Source: a virus (taxonomy: Duplodnaviria > Caudoviricetes). Taken from it: a stretch of 44,065 nucleotides of DNA. Every line of letters begins with the position of its first letter. Positions within the stretch are counted from its first letter, which is position 1. The stretch lies in IMG/VR virus record IMGVR_UViG_3300032261_000019, positions 1 to 44,065 of that record. One strand, 5' to 3'. Of this stretch, positions 8,891 to 18,673 are shown in pieces. Under the pieces are notes generated by a model, which did no database searches, was not told where the DNA came from, and was given only the letters and a program-made list of their open reading frames with translations. The translations under genes were made by a program, and so were the position numbers.

Positions 8891-9691
8891 ATGGCCGCAT
8901 TTCAGGAAACAATCACCGCTGCGATTCGTGAATTCGAGATTTACGGATACGATAGTCCAACCCGCCTGGATGACTGGCTGGCGCGAATCATTGCGGCTGC
9001 TGAAGAAAGTCTGGTGCCTGCCGCGAAGCTTGAGGAAGAACTACGCCGTTCGTTCGGGGCGATTTATTCGCGCCTGATTGACAAGGGCGGCATCATGAAA
9101 ATGCACAAGGGTGTCGCACGTTTTACCGTGGACCGCCTGAAGCCGCAGATGGTTCAGGAATTGCAGCGACGCCAGCTGGCTAGCTCCCAGCTCATCCGTT
9201 TGAACCGTCAGCGCATGGTGCAACAGACTGCACAACGATTCAGCGGATGGGCCACCAGTATCCCTGCGGGCGGTAGTGACGCTATCGACAAGCTGGACGT
9301 CAAAACGAATTTGCGCAAGGCGCTGGGCTCGTTGCCGTTTGAAGAACGCCGCGTCATGATCGACCAAGGGCATAAATTCACATCGGCCCTGAATAACATT
9401 ATCGCGCTTGATGGTGGTGCGCTTGCTGCGATGTGGCATTCACACTGGCGCCAGCCCGGCTATAACTATCGGCCCGATCATAAAGAACGGGACATGGTTA
9501 TTTATACGATCCGGGGTAACTGGGCGCTAGCGAACGGCAGCATGAAAGTCGGCCCGGCCGGCTACCTGGATGATATTACACAGCCCGCCGAAGAACCGTT
9601 CTGCCGATGTTTCGCGCAATACCTGTATAACTTGCGCGACTTGCCTGATAACATGCTCACGAATAAAGGTAAAGAGGTTCTGGGGCGATGA
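8891..9691 (+). CDS. Head morphogenesis protein (Mu gpF-like)
   Basis: RPDHKERD and PAEEPFCRC motifs; follows portal. Confidence 0.8.
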   Translation: MAAFQETITAAIREFEIYGYDSPTRLDDWLARIIAAAEESLVPAAKLEEELRRSFGAIYSRLIDKGGIMKMHKGVARFTVDRLKPQMVQELQRRQLASSQLIRLNRQRMVQQTAQRFSGWATSIPAGGSDAIDKLDVKTNLRKALGSLPFEERRVMIDQGHKFTSALNNIIALDGGALAAMWHSHWRQPGYNYRPDHKERDMVIYTIRGNWALANGSMKVGPAGYLDDITQPAEEPFCRCFAQYLYNLRDLPDNMLTNKGKEVLGR

Positions 9692-11355
9692 GCGAACACG
9701 GCACAGCATCGGGCATTCTGTTCAAGTCTGACGGTAAAATTCTGTTGCTCCAGCGCGGCAATGGAGGCGATTTTCCAGGGCACTGGGCGTTTCCTGGGGG
9801 CCACATTGAACCCGGCGAAACCGCTGAACAAGCTGCCCGGCGTGAAGTATATGAGGAAGCCGGGTTTCTGTATGAAGCCCCATTAGCTAAAATCGCCGTC
9901 AGTTCGGATGGGTACTTCACGACATTTGGTGCGATTCTGCCGGGACAATTCGCCGCGGTGCTGAATGATGAATCGTCAGGATGGGGATGGTACGATCCGG
10001 ACTTGTTACCCCAGCCGATGCACCCGGGCACTCTGGCGGTGCTGGAATCTGATGCCTACAAGCGGTTTGGTCTGGATGAGCTGGAAATCGGCAAGCTGAT
10101 GGCGGCCGGCGAATTATCCAGCCCCCAGCGTGTGGGTAATATGTGTTTGTGGGCGCTCCGCATTACCGGCACCGGTACTGCGTATCGTTCCAAAGATGAT
10201 GAAATTGCGTATCGCCCACCTGAAAATTATCTGAATGATGAATTTCTGGCGCGATGCAACGGCCTGCCCGTAATTTTTGAACACCCGGAAGGTGGAACGG
10301 GTATTGACAGCAAGGAATTTGCTGACCGTGCTGTGGGTACGATTATGCTACCCTATATCAGTGGTGAAGAAGTTTGGGGCATCGCCCGGATTTATGATGA
10401 TGCAACCAATGTCCTGATGGACAACAAGCAAATGAGTACATCGCCGTCAGTCATATTTTATAAGATTGATGGTAACAAAGAGTTCAAACTTGACGACGGT
10501 ACATCTCTTCTGATAGAAGGGACGCCATCAAGGCTTGACCATCTGGCTATTTGTGAACAAGGTGTTTGGGACAAAGGCCACGCGCCCGCCGGCGTGAAAT
10601 CTGACAACCTGGAGCTGAATATGGCTGATCCAACAGAAGTAAATAAAGACGATGCAGAAATGCCGGCATGGGCAAAAGGCATTGCTGATTCGGTTAATGC
10701 CCTGAGCGCCCGCATGGACTCGCTTGAAGGCAAGGGCCCGGAAGACAAGAAAGACGACGATGACGACACCTCGAAAAAGGATGACGACAACGTTGATATG
10801 CCGGCGGACCCGATCCCGCCTGCAAATGATAGCGACAAGAAAGACGATGACGATGACGAAGAAGAAAAGAAGCGTGACGATTCTACGCGCCGTCTCGTTG
10901 CTGGTATGGCCAAAGAAATTGCCAGCCTGAAAGCATTGCTGCCGCGCGCATTGTCCGATGCTGATCGTGATGAAATCGCCCGGGCGCAAGTACGAGCCGA
11001 CAGTCTGGCTGGCGCATTTGGCGAAAAAGCCTCGCCGCCTATTGCGGGTGAATCGCCCCTTGCTTACCGCCGTCGTCTGGCACAACAGTTTCAGCCGAAG
11101 TCGGCGAATTACAAGGGCGCGGATTTGTCCACCCTGACCGGCGCCAACTTCGACATGATCGAAAACCTGATTTATAACGATGCGCAAGCCGCTTCGGTTC
11201 ATGCACTGGATATTCCGGCAGCCACGCTGGTGGAAGTCCACACTACCGATCAGACCGGCCGCCGTATCACCTCATTCAAGGGTGACCCGGAAGTGTGGAC
11301 TAGCCAGTTCAAGATTCCGGGCCGTCGCGCATTGCTTGGCCGCCAAACTCACTAA
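9688..11355 (+). CDS. Nudix hydrolase + DUF2213-type prohead protease + scaffold fusion
   Basis: Nudix box GGHIEPGETAEQAARREVYEEAGF; FEHP and DHLAIC protease-family motifs; acidic scaffold-like tail; possible internal start ATG 10621 after GGAG. Confidence 0.85.
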   Translation: MSEHGTASGILFKSDGKILLLQRGNGGDFPGHWAFPGGHIEPGETAEQAARREVYEEAGFLYEAPLAKIAVSSDGYFTTFGAILPGQFAAVLNDESSGWGWYDPDLLPQPMHPGTLAVLESDAYKRFGLDELEIGKLMAAGELSSPQRVGNMCLWALRITGTGTAYRSKDDEIAYRPPENYLNDEFLARCNGLPVIFEHPEGGTGIDSKEFADRAVGTIMLPYISGEEVWGIARIYDDATNVLMDNKQMSTSPSVIFYKIDGNKEFKLDDGTSLLIEGTPSRLDHLAICEQGVWDKGHAPAGVKSDNLELNMADPTEVNKDDAEMPAWAKGIADSVNALSARMDSLEGKGPEDKKDDDDDTSKKDDDNVDMPADPIPPANDSDKKDDDDDEEEKKRDDSTRRLVAGMAKEIASLKALLPRALSDADRDEIARAQVRADSLAGAFGEKASPPIAGESPLAYRRRLAQQFQPKSANYKGADLSTLTGANFDMIENLIYNDAQAASVHALDIPAATLVEVHTTDQTGRRITSFKGDPEVWTSQFKIPGRRALLGRQTH

Positions 11356-11370
11356 TAAGGGGTAAAACTC

Positions 11371-12243
11371 ATGGCTAATACCGTATCTATTGCCCCGATG
11401 CAGACTACAACCGCGCTGGGTAGTTTTTCCATCCAGTCGGAAGGTCTGGTACAGGGCGTCGCTTACGATGACCCGGCCGTCCGGTTCTTCCTGGCGCAAG
11501 GGCCACTGGCCACCACGGAAACCATTCCGATGTGGGGCGGCGTACCAATCGTTGAAAACATCCCGTTGTCCACACAGCTGGCACTGGGTCCGACGATTGC
11601 CAGCGCCACAACCACCGGTTCGATTACTGGTTGGTCCACGATTAACCAGGCCACAGCGTGGATTAACACGCCTGCGTCTGAAAGCCCATCGGCCGGCGCC
11701 GGTATGACGATTCCGTTTTTCCGTACCGGCTCAGGCGCCCGCATCGCAGTCAAGTGCGATCCTTCGCTGGTGGGTCTGGACGGCGGCGCGATTACCCAGC
11801 AAGTGTCGTGGGATTTCAATAACCGCGCATTGCAACCGTACGACGCCAGCACTCCGACGTACTCTGTTACGTCGATTACCAGCGCCTACAACGGCAACGG
11901 TACTTACACCATGACTGTGGTGATGGCCGCCGCCAGCCCGGTTGCAGCCGTGGGCGACTATATCAACATCAGTGGTGTGACCGGTACTGGTGCCGCGCTG
12001 GTTAACGGCAACCAGCAAGTCGCAACCTTCACGGACAGCCAGCACTTCACGTTCAATGTGACCGCAGCCTCTGGCGCGATTGCGACTGGCGCACTGACTG
12101 GTACAATCCTGCTGAATTATGGTACTGGTGCCCTGAACGTTCGTGTTCTGGAAATCGTGCCGAACAGCAAAGTGGTTGTGTATGATCCGATTAACAACCT
12201 GGTGCACTGGGCCGCTGGCTTTGCTGCAATCATCCTCATTTAA
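11371..12243 (+). CDS. Capsid decoration/cement protein with an inserted beta-domain
   Basis: Between protease and MCP; Gly/Thr/Ala-rich. Confidence 0.7.
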   Translation: MANTVSIAPMQTTTALGSFSIQSEGLVQGVAYDDPAVRFFLAQGPLATTETIPMWGGVPIVENIPLSTQLALGPTIASATTTGSITGWSTINQATAWINTPASESPSAGAGMTIPFFRTGSGARIAVKCDPSLVGLDGGAITQQVSWDFNNRALQPYDASTPTYSVTSITSAYNGNGTYTMTVVMAAASPVAAVGDYINISGVTGTGAALVNGNQQVATFTDSQHFTFNVTAASGAIATGALTGTILLNYGTGALNVRVLEIVPNSKVVVYDPINNLVHWAAGFAAIILI

Positions 12244-12255
12244 GGAGCCTGCATA

Positions 12256-13281
12256 ATGGCAACAGTCGCACCGTCTTTTGTACAGGTTCACCCCAACTTC
12301 ACCATGCCGGAGATTGTTCTCCAATACAATCAGGCATCCGGTGCGTTTGACCTGCTGGCCAGTGGTAACCCGCTGGTGCGCCTGGGCGAGGGTGACAAGT
12401 ACGTATATATCAAGGCCATGGACATCCGGACAAAAGTCGCGGCTGGCCAGAGCGCTTCCAACAATCTGCCATCGGTGAGTATCACCCCGCGCATGATTTC
12501 GACACCGACATATCTGATTCGTACTCGCGCCGAGTATGATCACCACGATACTGCCGCGTTTGGTCAATGGGGCGCATCGCTTCCTGAAGCTCAGCGGCTG
12601 GGCATGCGTCAGGGTATTTTCCAGCAAACCCGTAACGCGCTGCTTTATGGCTTCAATGCCACGAACGGCGAAGGTTTGCTGAATACCAACGGTGCTACCG
12701 CAGTATCTTTGCCGGCCGACACCTATGGCAACACTACTGTGCTGACCTATGATAATGGTCAGATGGCCCAGTTCCTGCTGACCCAGGTCCAGGCGATCAA
12801 AACTCGCATGATGCAAATGGGCATGCCGGCGCAAGTGACGATCATCGGCCCGCAGCGTACCTTGGGTGTTATGGAATACCAGGGTATCGTGCAGCTGGTG
12901 CAGTTCCAGCGTCAGGGTGCTGGTTCTGAAACCACCAAGGGCACTCTGGAAAATATTCTGGAGCGGAACAACGATGATCTGATCTGGAATTACGACGACA
13001 CCCTCATCGGCAAGGGCGCGGGTGGTACTGATGCCGTGTTGATCGTTGTGCCGGAAGTGAAGAAGCCGAAGGTTAACGACCGCGTGAACACTAACGTCTG
13101 GGCGGAATTGCGTCCGGGTCTGGAAGCCACAGTTTTGCAGCTGTGCGACATGGCCGCCCCGCGCGAAATCCCGACCCCGCTGGCCGGCGGTGCAATCGAT
13201 GTTCTGTCCGAAATGCGCGTCACTTCAGGCTGGGCACCACGTCCGGAAGCTGTGACTATCGTGAGCATGCAATACCAGTAA
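12256..13281 (+). CDS. Major capsid protein
   Basis: 341 aa, strong AAGGAG RBS, GEGLLN motif, followed by a hairpin. Confidence 0.85.
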   Translation: MATVAPSFVQVHPNFTMPEIVLQYNQASGAFDLLASGNPLVRLGEGDKYVYIKAMDIRTKVAAGQSASNNLPSVSITPRMISTPTYLIRTRAEYDHHDTAAFGQWGASLPEAQRLGMRQGIFQQTRNALLYGFNATNGEGLLNTNGATAVSLPADTYGNTTVLTYDNGQMAQFLLTQVQAIKTRMMQMGMPAQVTIIGPQRTLGVMEYQGIVQLVQFQRQGAGSETTKGTLENILERNNDDLIWNYDDTLIGKGAGGTDAVLIVVPEVKKPKVNDRVNTNVWAELRPGLEATVLQLCDMAAPREIPTPLAGGAIDVLSEMRVTSGWAPRPEAVTIVSMQYQ

Positions 13282-13301
13282 GCCAGTGCTATCATGGCTT
13301 T

Positions 13302-13337
13302 ACGCCCCACCCGTCATATGGCGCGTGGGGCGTTTTT
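13302..13337 (+). terminator. Terminator-like hairpin after the MCP gene
   Basis: ACGCCCCAC...GTGGGGCGT followed by a T-run. Confidence 0.6.
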
Positions 13338-13352
13338 ACAGGAGAATCAAAC

Positions 13353-13859
13353 ATGACCACGTTGTATATCGCTAATTGCAGCAAGCAGATTAATCAGTTT
13401 AATTTTCGGGCGCCGGGGCAGGATCGCATCGTCTATCAGAACATCAAACCGGGCGAACAGCAGTTCATCTGGAAAGAAAACGCCAGCCTGGAAGATTTGC
13501 AATTCATCATCTCCCAGCACGAAATGTACGGTCTGGTGCCCGCCTCCGATGTGATGAACAATCATCAGTTTGTAGGCCTGTGCTATCAGTTCGACAAACC
13601 TATTGATGTGGACAAGATCATGTACACATTTGAAACCAACGATGACAAGTTGAAAGAGCGGAACGAAACAATTCGCAAAGAGTCGGCGTCCGCGCTGGCT
13701 CAGCAGATGGCTGAATCCGGTGAAGGGCGTCTGGCTGAGGTTCAGGTTATCGAAGAAGACAAAGGCGACGGTAACAGCACTACGACCGTCAACGAAACCA
13801 TTCAGGTCACCGGGGACGCTGCACCCAAGCGTGGCCGCGGTCGTCCGCGTCAAGGCTGA
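13353..13859 (+). CDS. Virion-module hypothetical protein with C-terminal AT-hook-like KRGRGRPR
   Basis: AGGAG RBS before ATG 13353. Confidence 0.75.
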   Translation: MTTLYIANCSKQINQFNFRAPGQDRIVYQNIKPGEQQFIWKENASLEDLQFIISQHEMYGLVPASDVMNNHQFVGLCYQFDKPIDVDKIMYTFETNDDKLKERNETIRKESASALAQQMAESGEGRLAEVQVIEEDKGDGNSTTTVNETIQVTGDAAPKRGRGRPRQG

Positions 13860-13861
13860 TT

Positions 13862-14302
13862 ATGGAACCGACACTGACCGGCTTTATTGCGTGGGTACGG
13901 ACAGCTATGGGCATCACTACGGCCCAGCTGCCCGATAATTCCATCTGGTTCACGTACGCGTTTAACGTGGCTGAATCCATCGTTAGCGATACGATCCAGC
14001 AAGTGGACCCGCTCATTTATATGCTGGCAGTGTATAACCTGGGCGGCGATAACCTGATTAACTATGCGCAGGATATCCCGCCATCTACTTTTTTTTCTGA
14101 TTTACGCGCCAAGTACTTGAGCTACAGTTTTGTAGCCGGCGTTATCCAGGCCAGCGCGGATCAATCCACAAGTCAGAGTTTGCTGGTGCCAGATGCATTC
14201 AAGAATCTGACTCTGTCGAACCTGCAGAATCTTAAAACCCCATGGGGGCGCCAGTATATGGCATGGGCTCAGGATATGGGTACACTCTGGGGTCTGACAT
14301 GA
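13862..14302 (+). CDS. Head-tail adaptor (DUF4054-like)
   Basis: TPWGRQY motif; position. Confidence 0.75.
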   Translation: MEPTLTGFIAWVRTAMGITTAQLPDNSIWFTYAFNVAESIVSDTIQQVDPLIYMLAVYNLGGDNLINYAQDIPPSTFFSDLRAKYLSYSFVAGVIQASADQSTSQSLLVPDAFKNLTLSNLQNLKTPWGRQYMAWAQDMGTLWGLT

Positions 14303-14715
14303 AACTGCACTTGGGGGTGATCGATGTTCCATATACCGATGGCCCCCAGACCACCGGAGACGTAGCCGAAATTCTGGAAGAGAAATATGGCGTCATGGGT
14401 TTTTTTTATGAACTCCATGGAAATCAGGTTGCAGACGCGCTGGCTGACTCGCTTGAGGGCGCAATGGAAAATCTGATGGCGGGCGCTCCGGTGGGTTCAG
14501 TCAATCCCTTCAGGTCCGCTGAAAGCAACATAGAAACAATGTTCCGGTTATTCCTGGACGCCAAAGAAATGGACGGCAAAGCGTCAGGTGTGCCGACCGG
14601 GGCCGCACTGATGGGTAAAAGCAAACGTTTAAAGCGCACCCACGGTGAGCCGCGGCCCTCGTTTGTTGACAGTGGGCTGTATCAGACAAGTTTTAAATGC
14701 TGGGTTGAGACATGA
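14299..14715 (+). CDS. Neck/tail-completion protein
   Basis: RPSFVDSGLY motif; ATGA coupling. Confidence 0.7.
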   Translation: MKLHLGVIDVPYTDGPQTTGDVAEILEEKYGVMGFFYELHGNQVADALADSLEGAMENLMAGAPVGSVNPFRSAESNIETMFRLFLDAKEMDGKASGVPTGAALMGKSKRLKRTHGEPRPSFVDSGLYQTSFKCWVET

Positions 14716-15710
14716 CAACACCAATCGAAGAGGCCGCCGGTTATGCCAACCCGTTAAACTCTGCGCTCCGGGCCGGTATTGAAAATCTTGACCGGGGTAG
14801 CACGATCACATTCACAAAATATGTGAAAATGGTATTGCCGCTGGACGGGTTTGTATTCTGGGTCAAGGCAGACATGCTGTCCCCCACCGCCTTGTATAAC
14901 GCAGGTCAATTCAACCGGATGGAATTGAATGCTGAGCCGCGCCCGATCACCCCGGCTGCGACGATCACAGTTAGCGGCTCGATGCATTACGCAACAGACA
15001 CCCAGCAGGAAGAAACTGACACGATCCAGCGCAACCGGATGATTTTTACATCTGAGCAGGATGTGGATTTTTTTAACGAAGCGGGGCCGATGGTGATGTA
15101 CATCGGCGAATGGGACGGATTGCGCTTTTCGTTCAGTGCCCGTCAGCCCCTGTATTTGCAAGCTGACATCTATCATTATGTCGGCGACGCGATTTATCCG
15201 ACCATGGCCAGTCAGATCATCGACAATCCGGCGGATGTGAACCGTGAGCTGGTGGTATCCAATAGCTTGCCCATATGGTTGATGCTGAATCAGTATATGC
15301 CGATGTACCCCTCATACGCGGTTGAGCCTAATCTGATACCGCCCTATGCCGCAGTGCATATTGAGCCGAATCTCACATCGGCGATCCAGTCGGCTCCGTT
15401 GATTGGCGCCACGTCTGATCACACCCAGCTGGTGTTTGACAAGGTCAGGATAACCATGTATGGATTACGGAATGACACGGCCCTTGACTGGGTCGATTAC
15501 GTGTATAGTTACAGCCTGAATACGGACGCTTTCGGCGTAATGAATATGCCCGTTATCCGGGACCAGAAGCGGCCGCAGAAAGAAATGACCGTTCTGGCTA
15601 TGGAAAAAGTCATAGAATTTGAAATTAACTATTACCAAACCCGGTTGCGGGACATTGCCCGCCAGTACATCACGTCTGCGTTTGCGACAGTGATTCCCAA
15701 ACCCCTGTAG
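14712..15710 (+). CDS. Neck protein (head closure / tail terminator-like)
   Basis: Position between neck genes and sheath; 332 aa. Confidence 0.6.
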   Translation: MTTPIEEAAGYANPLNSALRAGIENLDRGSTITFTKYVKMVLPLDGFVFWVKADMLSPTALYNAGQFNRMELNAEPRPITPAATITVSGSMHYATDTQQEETDTIQRNRMIFTSEQDVDFFNEAGPMVMYIGEWDGLRFSFSARQPLYLQADIYHYVGDAIYPTMASQIIDNPADVNRELVVSNSLPIWLMLNQYMPMYPSYAVEPNLIPPYAAVHIEPNLTSAIQSAPLIGATSDHTQLVFDKVRITMYGLRNDTALDWVDYVYSYSLNTDAFGVMNMPVIRDQKRPQKEMTVLAMEKVIEFEINYYQTRLRDIARQYITSAFATVIPKPL

Positions 15711-15721
15711 GAGTAATCAAA

Positions 15722-16093
15722 ATGACGCAAAACGCACTTTCCGCAACCGTGTCGATGCAAAAATCGGGCTCCGCTTACGTTCAGAAACAGTTGAGCCTGG
15801 GCTCATCCGGTGAATTGATCAGTACGACTGGCGGCGTATCTTCGCTGTTGAACGTGTCCGCCGCTACTGTGGTTAAAACTGGCCAGGGCCGTGTGGTGCG
15901 TGTGAGCGTAATTACCGCTGGTTCCACCTCTGGCACTGTGAATGATACGGCCGCCACTGGCAGCGCAGCGATTGGCAACCAGATTGCTACCATTCCAAAC
16001 ACTGTTGGCACTTATGCGCTCGACTGGCCGGTAGGTACTGGCATTGTTGTGGTCCCCGGCACTGGTCAGGTGCTTGCCGTGGCCTACCTGTAA
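15722..16093 (+). CDS. Small beta-rich virion protein; paralog of 5317..5586
   Basis: AGGAG RBS; similarity to the 5317 ORF. Confidence 0.7.
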   Translation: MTQNALSATVSMQKSGSAYVQKQLSLGSSGELISTTGGVSSLLNVSAATVVKTGQGRVVRVSVITAGSTSGTVNDTAATGSAAIGNQIATIPNTVGTYALDWPVGTGIVVVPGTGQVLAVAYL

Positions 16094-16105
16094 GGGGAGT
16101 AAACC

Positions 16106-17497
16106 ATGACCCTGCAAATTGTCACACTCAACGTCAGTATCACTAATCCGCCCCAGCCCTCCACGCTGCAACGAACCGGGGCGTTTATCAGTCAAGGCGG
16201 CACCAGCACTGCCCCCGGTACGCTGAGCCTGTTGACCAGTAGCTCAAGCCTGACAAGTATTCTGGCTGCTGCAAAGCCGATCACTTCAGCGGTGTGGGCA
16301 TCCGGTACTGTAACGGTTACTACTACGACGCCACATGGCTGGAATACGGGTGACTCGTTCAAAGTCGTGATTGCCGGTATGACTCCGACCGCATACAACG
16401 GTGTATTCACCGCGACGGTCACAGGTGCCAGCACTTTTACATATCCTCTGGTCAGCAATCCCGGTTCCGCAACTGTATTTGGCACTGTGACGGATGAAGA
16501 TGTGACCGAATTGACCCAGATGAACACTACGTTCTGGGCTCAGGGCACGGGCGTATCTGTTTATGTTCTGGAATTGGGGCCGGGCACACCAGCCGAAGGT
16601 ATCGTCTATCTGAACACGTGGATTCAGAATAATCCGAAAGTGGTTTATTCGTTTCTGGTGCCGCGTGAGTGGGATGCTGAACCGACGTTTTATCCGTTCG
16701 TGAAGAATTTCAACGCGCCAACGGTTTTGCAGAATTTCTTCGTGACCACCACGCAGGCCACGTACACGAACTATGGCGCGCTGGATAATTGTGTGTTCGC
16801 CCTGGTTGAAGCGCCAGCCGTAGCATCGGCAGCAAATACCGGCACAGAATTTTCATGTGCCGCGCCGTTCTACGTCACTTTGAATTACAACCCGTCCAGT
16901 ACGAATCAGGTTCCGCCGTTGAACTGCGCATTTGTGTATGGCGTGACCGCTTACCCGCAACAGGGTAATGGTACGATCCTGCAAACGTTCAAGACAGCGA
17001 ATGTGAACTACATCAACACAGGGGCCGAAGGTGGATTGAGCAATACCATTGTGCAATGGGGCCATATGCAAGACGGCAACCCGTTCAACTACTGGTATTC
17101 CGTGGATTGGGCCATCATCAATATTGATCTGGACCTTTCCAACGAAATCATCAACGGCAGTAATAATGTCCTGTCGCCGTTGTATTACGACCAGCCGGGC
17201 ATTCAACGTTTGCAGAATCGAGCTGCACGTACTCTGTCCAACGGGGTGAGTTATGGACTGATTCTCGGTTCTGTGATTCCGGTTACGCTGGACCCGACCA
17301 CTTTCGCACAGAATCTTAACGCCGGTACATATGCGGGTAACGCGGTAATTAACGCAGTGCCGTTTGCCATCTATACCACAGCGAACCCTAGCGATTATAT
17401 GCTGGGGCAATATAACGGTCTGCAAGCGGCGGTTACACCGAAACGCGGCTTTGAACAGATTATCTTTAACTTGAACGTGACCAACTTCGTCGGTTAA
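16106..17497 (+). CDS. Tail sheath protein (DUF3383-like) with an inserted beta-domain
   Basis: 463 aa; YWYSVDW and PLYYDQPGI sheath C-terminal motifs; precedes tube. Confidence 0.85.
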   Translation: MTLQIVTLNVSITNPPQPSTLQRTGAFISQGGTSTAPGTLSLLTSSSSLTSILAAAKPITSAVWASGTVTVTTTTPHGWNTGDSFKVVIAGMTPTAYNGVFTATVTGASTFTYPLVSNPGSATVFGTVTDEDVTELTQMNTTFWAQGTGVSVYVLELGPGTPAEGIVYLNTWIQNNPKVVYSFLVPREWDAEPTFYPFVKNFNAPTVLQNFFVTTTQATYTNYGALDNCVFALVEAPAVASAANTGTEFSCAAPFYVTLNYNPSSTNQVPPLNCAFVYGVTAYPQQGNGTILQTFKTANVNYINTGAEGGLSNTIVQWGHMQDGNPFNYWYSVDWAIINIDLDLSNEIINGSNNVLSPLYYDQPGIQRLQNRAARTLSNGVSYGLILGSVIPVTLDPTTFAQNLNAGTYAGNAVINAVPFAIYTTANPSDYMLGQYNGLQAAVTPKRGFEQIIFNLNVTNFVG

Positions 17498-17511
17498 CAG
17501 GAGCGCGAATT

Positions 17512-17967
17512 ATGGCATCAACTAGCGGTAATCCGCTCATTGCTCAGGGTACGCTTAACCGTATCCGCGGAGCTTTTCAGGTTGTAGATACTCCATCGCT
17601 CAACGCCACGGCGCCATATCTGGGAAAGGAGGGTATTTCCCTTTCCCTGGATGGTGAATCCACGCTGTACATTCCGACCATGACCGGGGCGGTGACGTCC
17701 CCGGAACCATACATGATGGTCACGGTGCGGCTGCATCTGTTGCGCACGCAGGGTTTGGCTTCACAGTACAAAACCCAGATGGAAAGCTTGTCCACCATCG
17801 GGCGCTGCGTCGTTACACCAGACGCCAGCACGCTGCCTGTTTACACGCTGGAGAATTGCAGCATCGAAGGTGTGGACGAAATGCCCATGAATGGCACGGA
17901 TGCAGGGTTTAACGTCCGCATCCGCGGCTATTACACCATCAACAACAATCTGTTTAATGCGGCCTGA
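17512..17967 (+). CDS. Tail tube protein
   Basis: 151 aa, directly after sheath. Confidence 0.75.
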   Translation: MASTSGNPLIAQGTLNRIRGAFQVVDTPSLNATAPYLGKEGISLSLDGESTLYIPTMTGAVTSPEPYMMVTVRLHLLRTQGLASQYKTQMESLSTIGRCVVTPDASTLPVYTLENCSIEGVDEMPMNGTDAGFNVRIRGYYTINNNLFNAA

Positions 17968-17969
17968 TC

Positions 17970-18542
17970 ATGAAAATCAATAAAAAACTGAATTTGGTGA
18001 TGGGACTTGATGATGGGGACGGTGGTACGTTTCACGTATATTCCGTCCCCATCGCCCGGGAAGTGTTTGAAAGGTACTACTTGCCCCTGTCGCGGGTATT
18101 TACCGAAATCATGACACTGAATCTGCTGGTGATTGGCCCCACCGTGGCTTATAACATGTTGCGCGATGTGGCCATGGACTTGGGCACATGGGACGGTGAG
18201 ACCGGTGTGCAGAATGGCTTGGTTAATGAAATTCGACGCCTGACAAGCATTTTCATGCCGACCGAATCGGGATGGCAGCAGGTGCCACTGGAAGTTGTTA
18301 TCAGCCAGGAAAAAATTGACGATGATGACCTGGCGTTAATTTTGGGTTCTCTGGTTTTTTTTACGGCGGTTTCGTACATTCCGGCGAAGTCGGAGCGGGT
18401 GAACCTGATGAACGGAGCCGCCGCAATGTGGGGTACGCTAACCACATCATCCAGCATTACGGAGTACGCGAATTCATTGCCGACATTGAAGCCGATCGAC
18501 TCTACTGGAGAGACGCCGACCACTGCGTTTGTGCCGTCCTAG
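17970..18542 (+). CDS. Tail assembly chaperone (G-type)
   Basis: Between tube and tape measure; contains T8 slippery run 18355-18362. Confidence 0.7.
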   Translation: MKINKKLNLVMGLDDGDGGTFHVYSVPIAREVFERYYLPLSRVFTEIMTLNLLVIGPTVAYNMLRDVAMDLGTWDGETGVQNGLVNEIRRLTSIFMPTESGWQQVPLEVVISQEKIDDDDLALILGSLVFFTAVSYIPAKSERVNLMNGAAAMWGTLTTSSSITEYANSLPTLKPIDSTGETPTTAFVPS

Positions 18543-18673
18543 ATTGGGCGGCCAGTGAAGGCTTTGCTGATTTCTTTGGCCAGGATGGTTTTGATGTAGA
18601 TGCAAAAACCGGTCTGGAGTACCGCCAACGCCATTTATTGCGGGCGTTTAAACTTTTGAAAGGTGGCGTATGA
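18356..18673 (+). CDS. -1 frameshift extension of the tail chaperone (GT-type)
   Basis: -1 frame is open from 18329 to 18673 and its stop overlaps the tape measure ATG. Confidence 0.55.
   Translation, partial: FFYGGFVHSGEVGAGEPDERSRRNVGYANHIIQHYGVREFIADIEADRLYWRDADHCVCAVLDWAASEGFADFFGQDGFDVDAKTGLEYRQRHLLRAFKLLKGGV

Noticed and set aside
11731-12834. 367-aa antisense ORF over the decoration and capsid genes
   Set aside because: Antisense shadow of codon-biased genes; no recognisable motifs.
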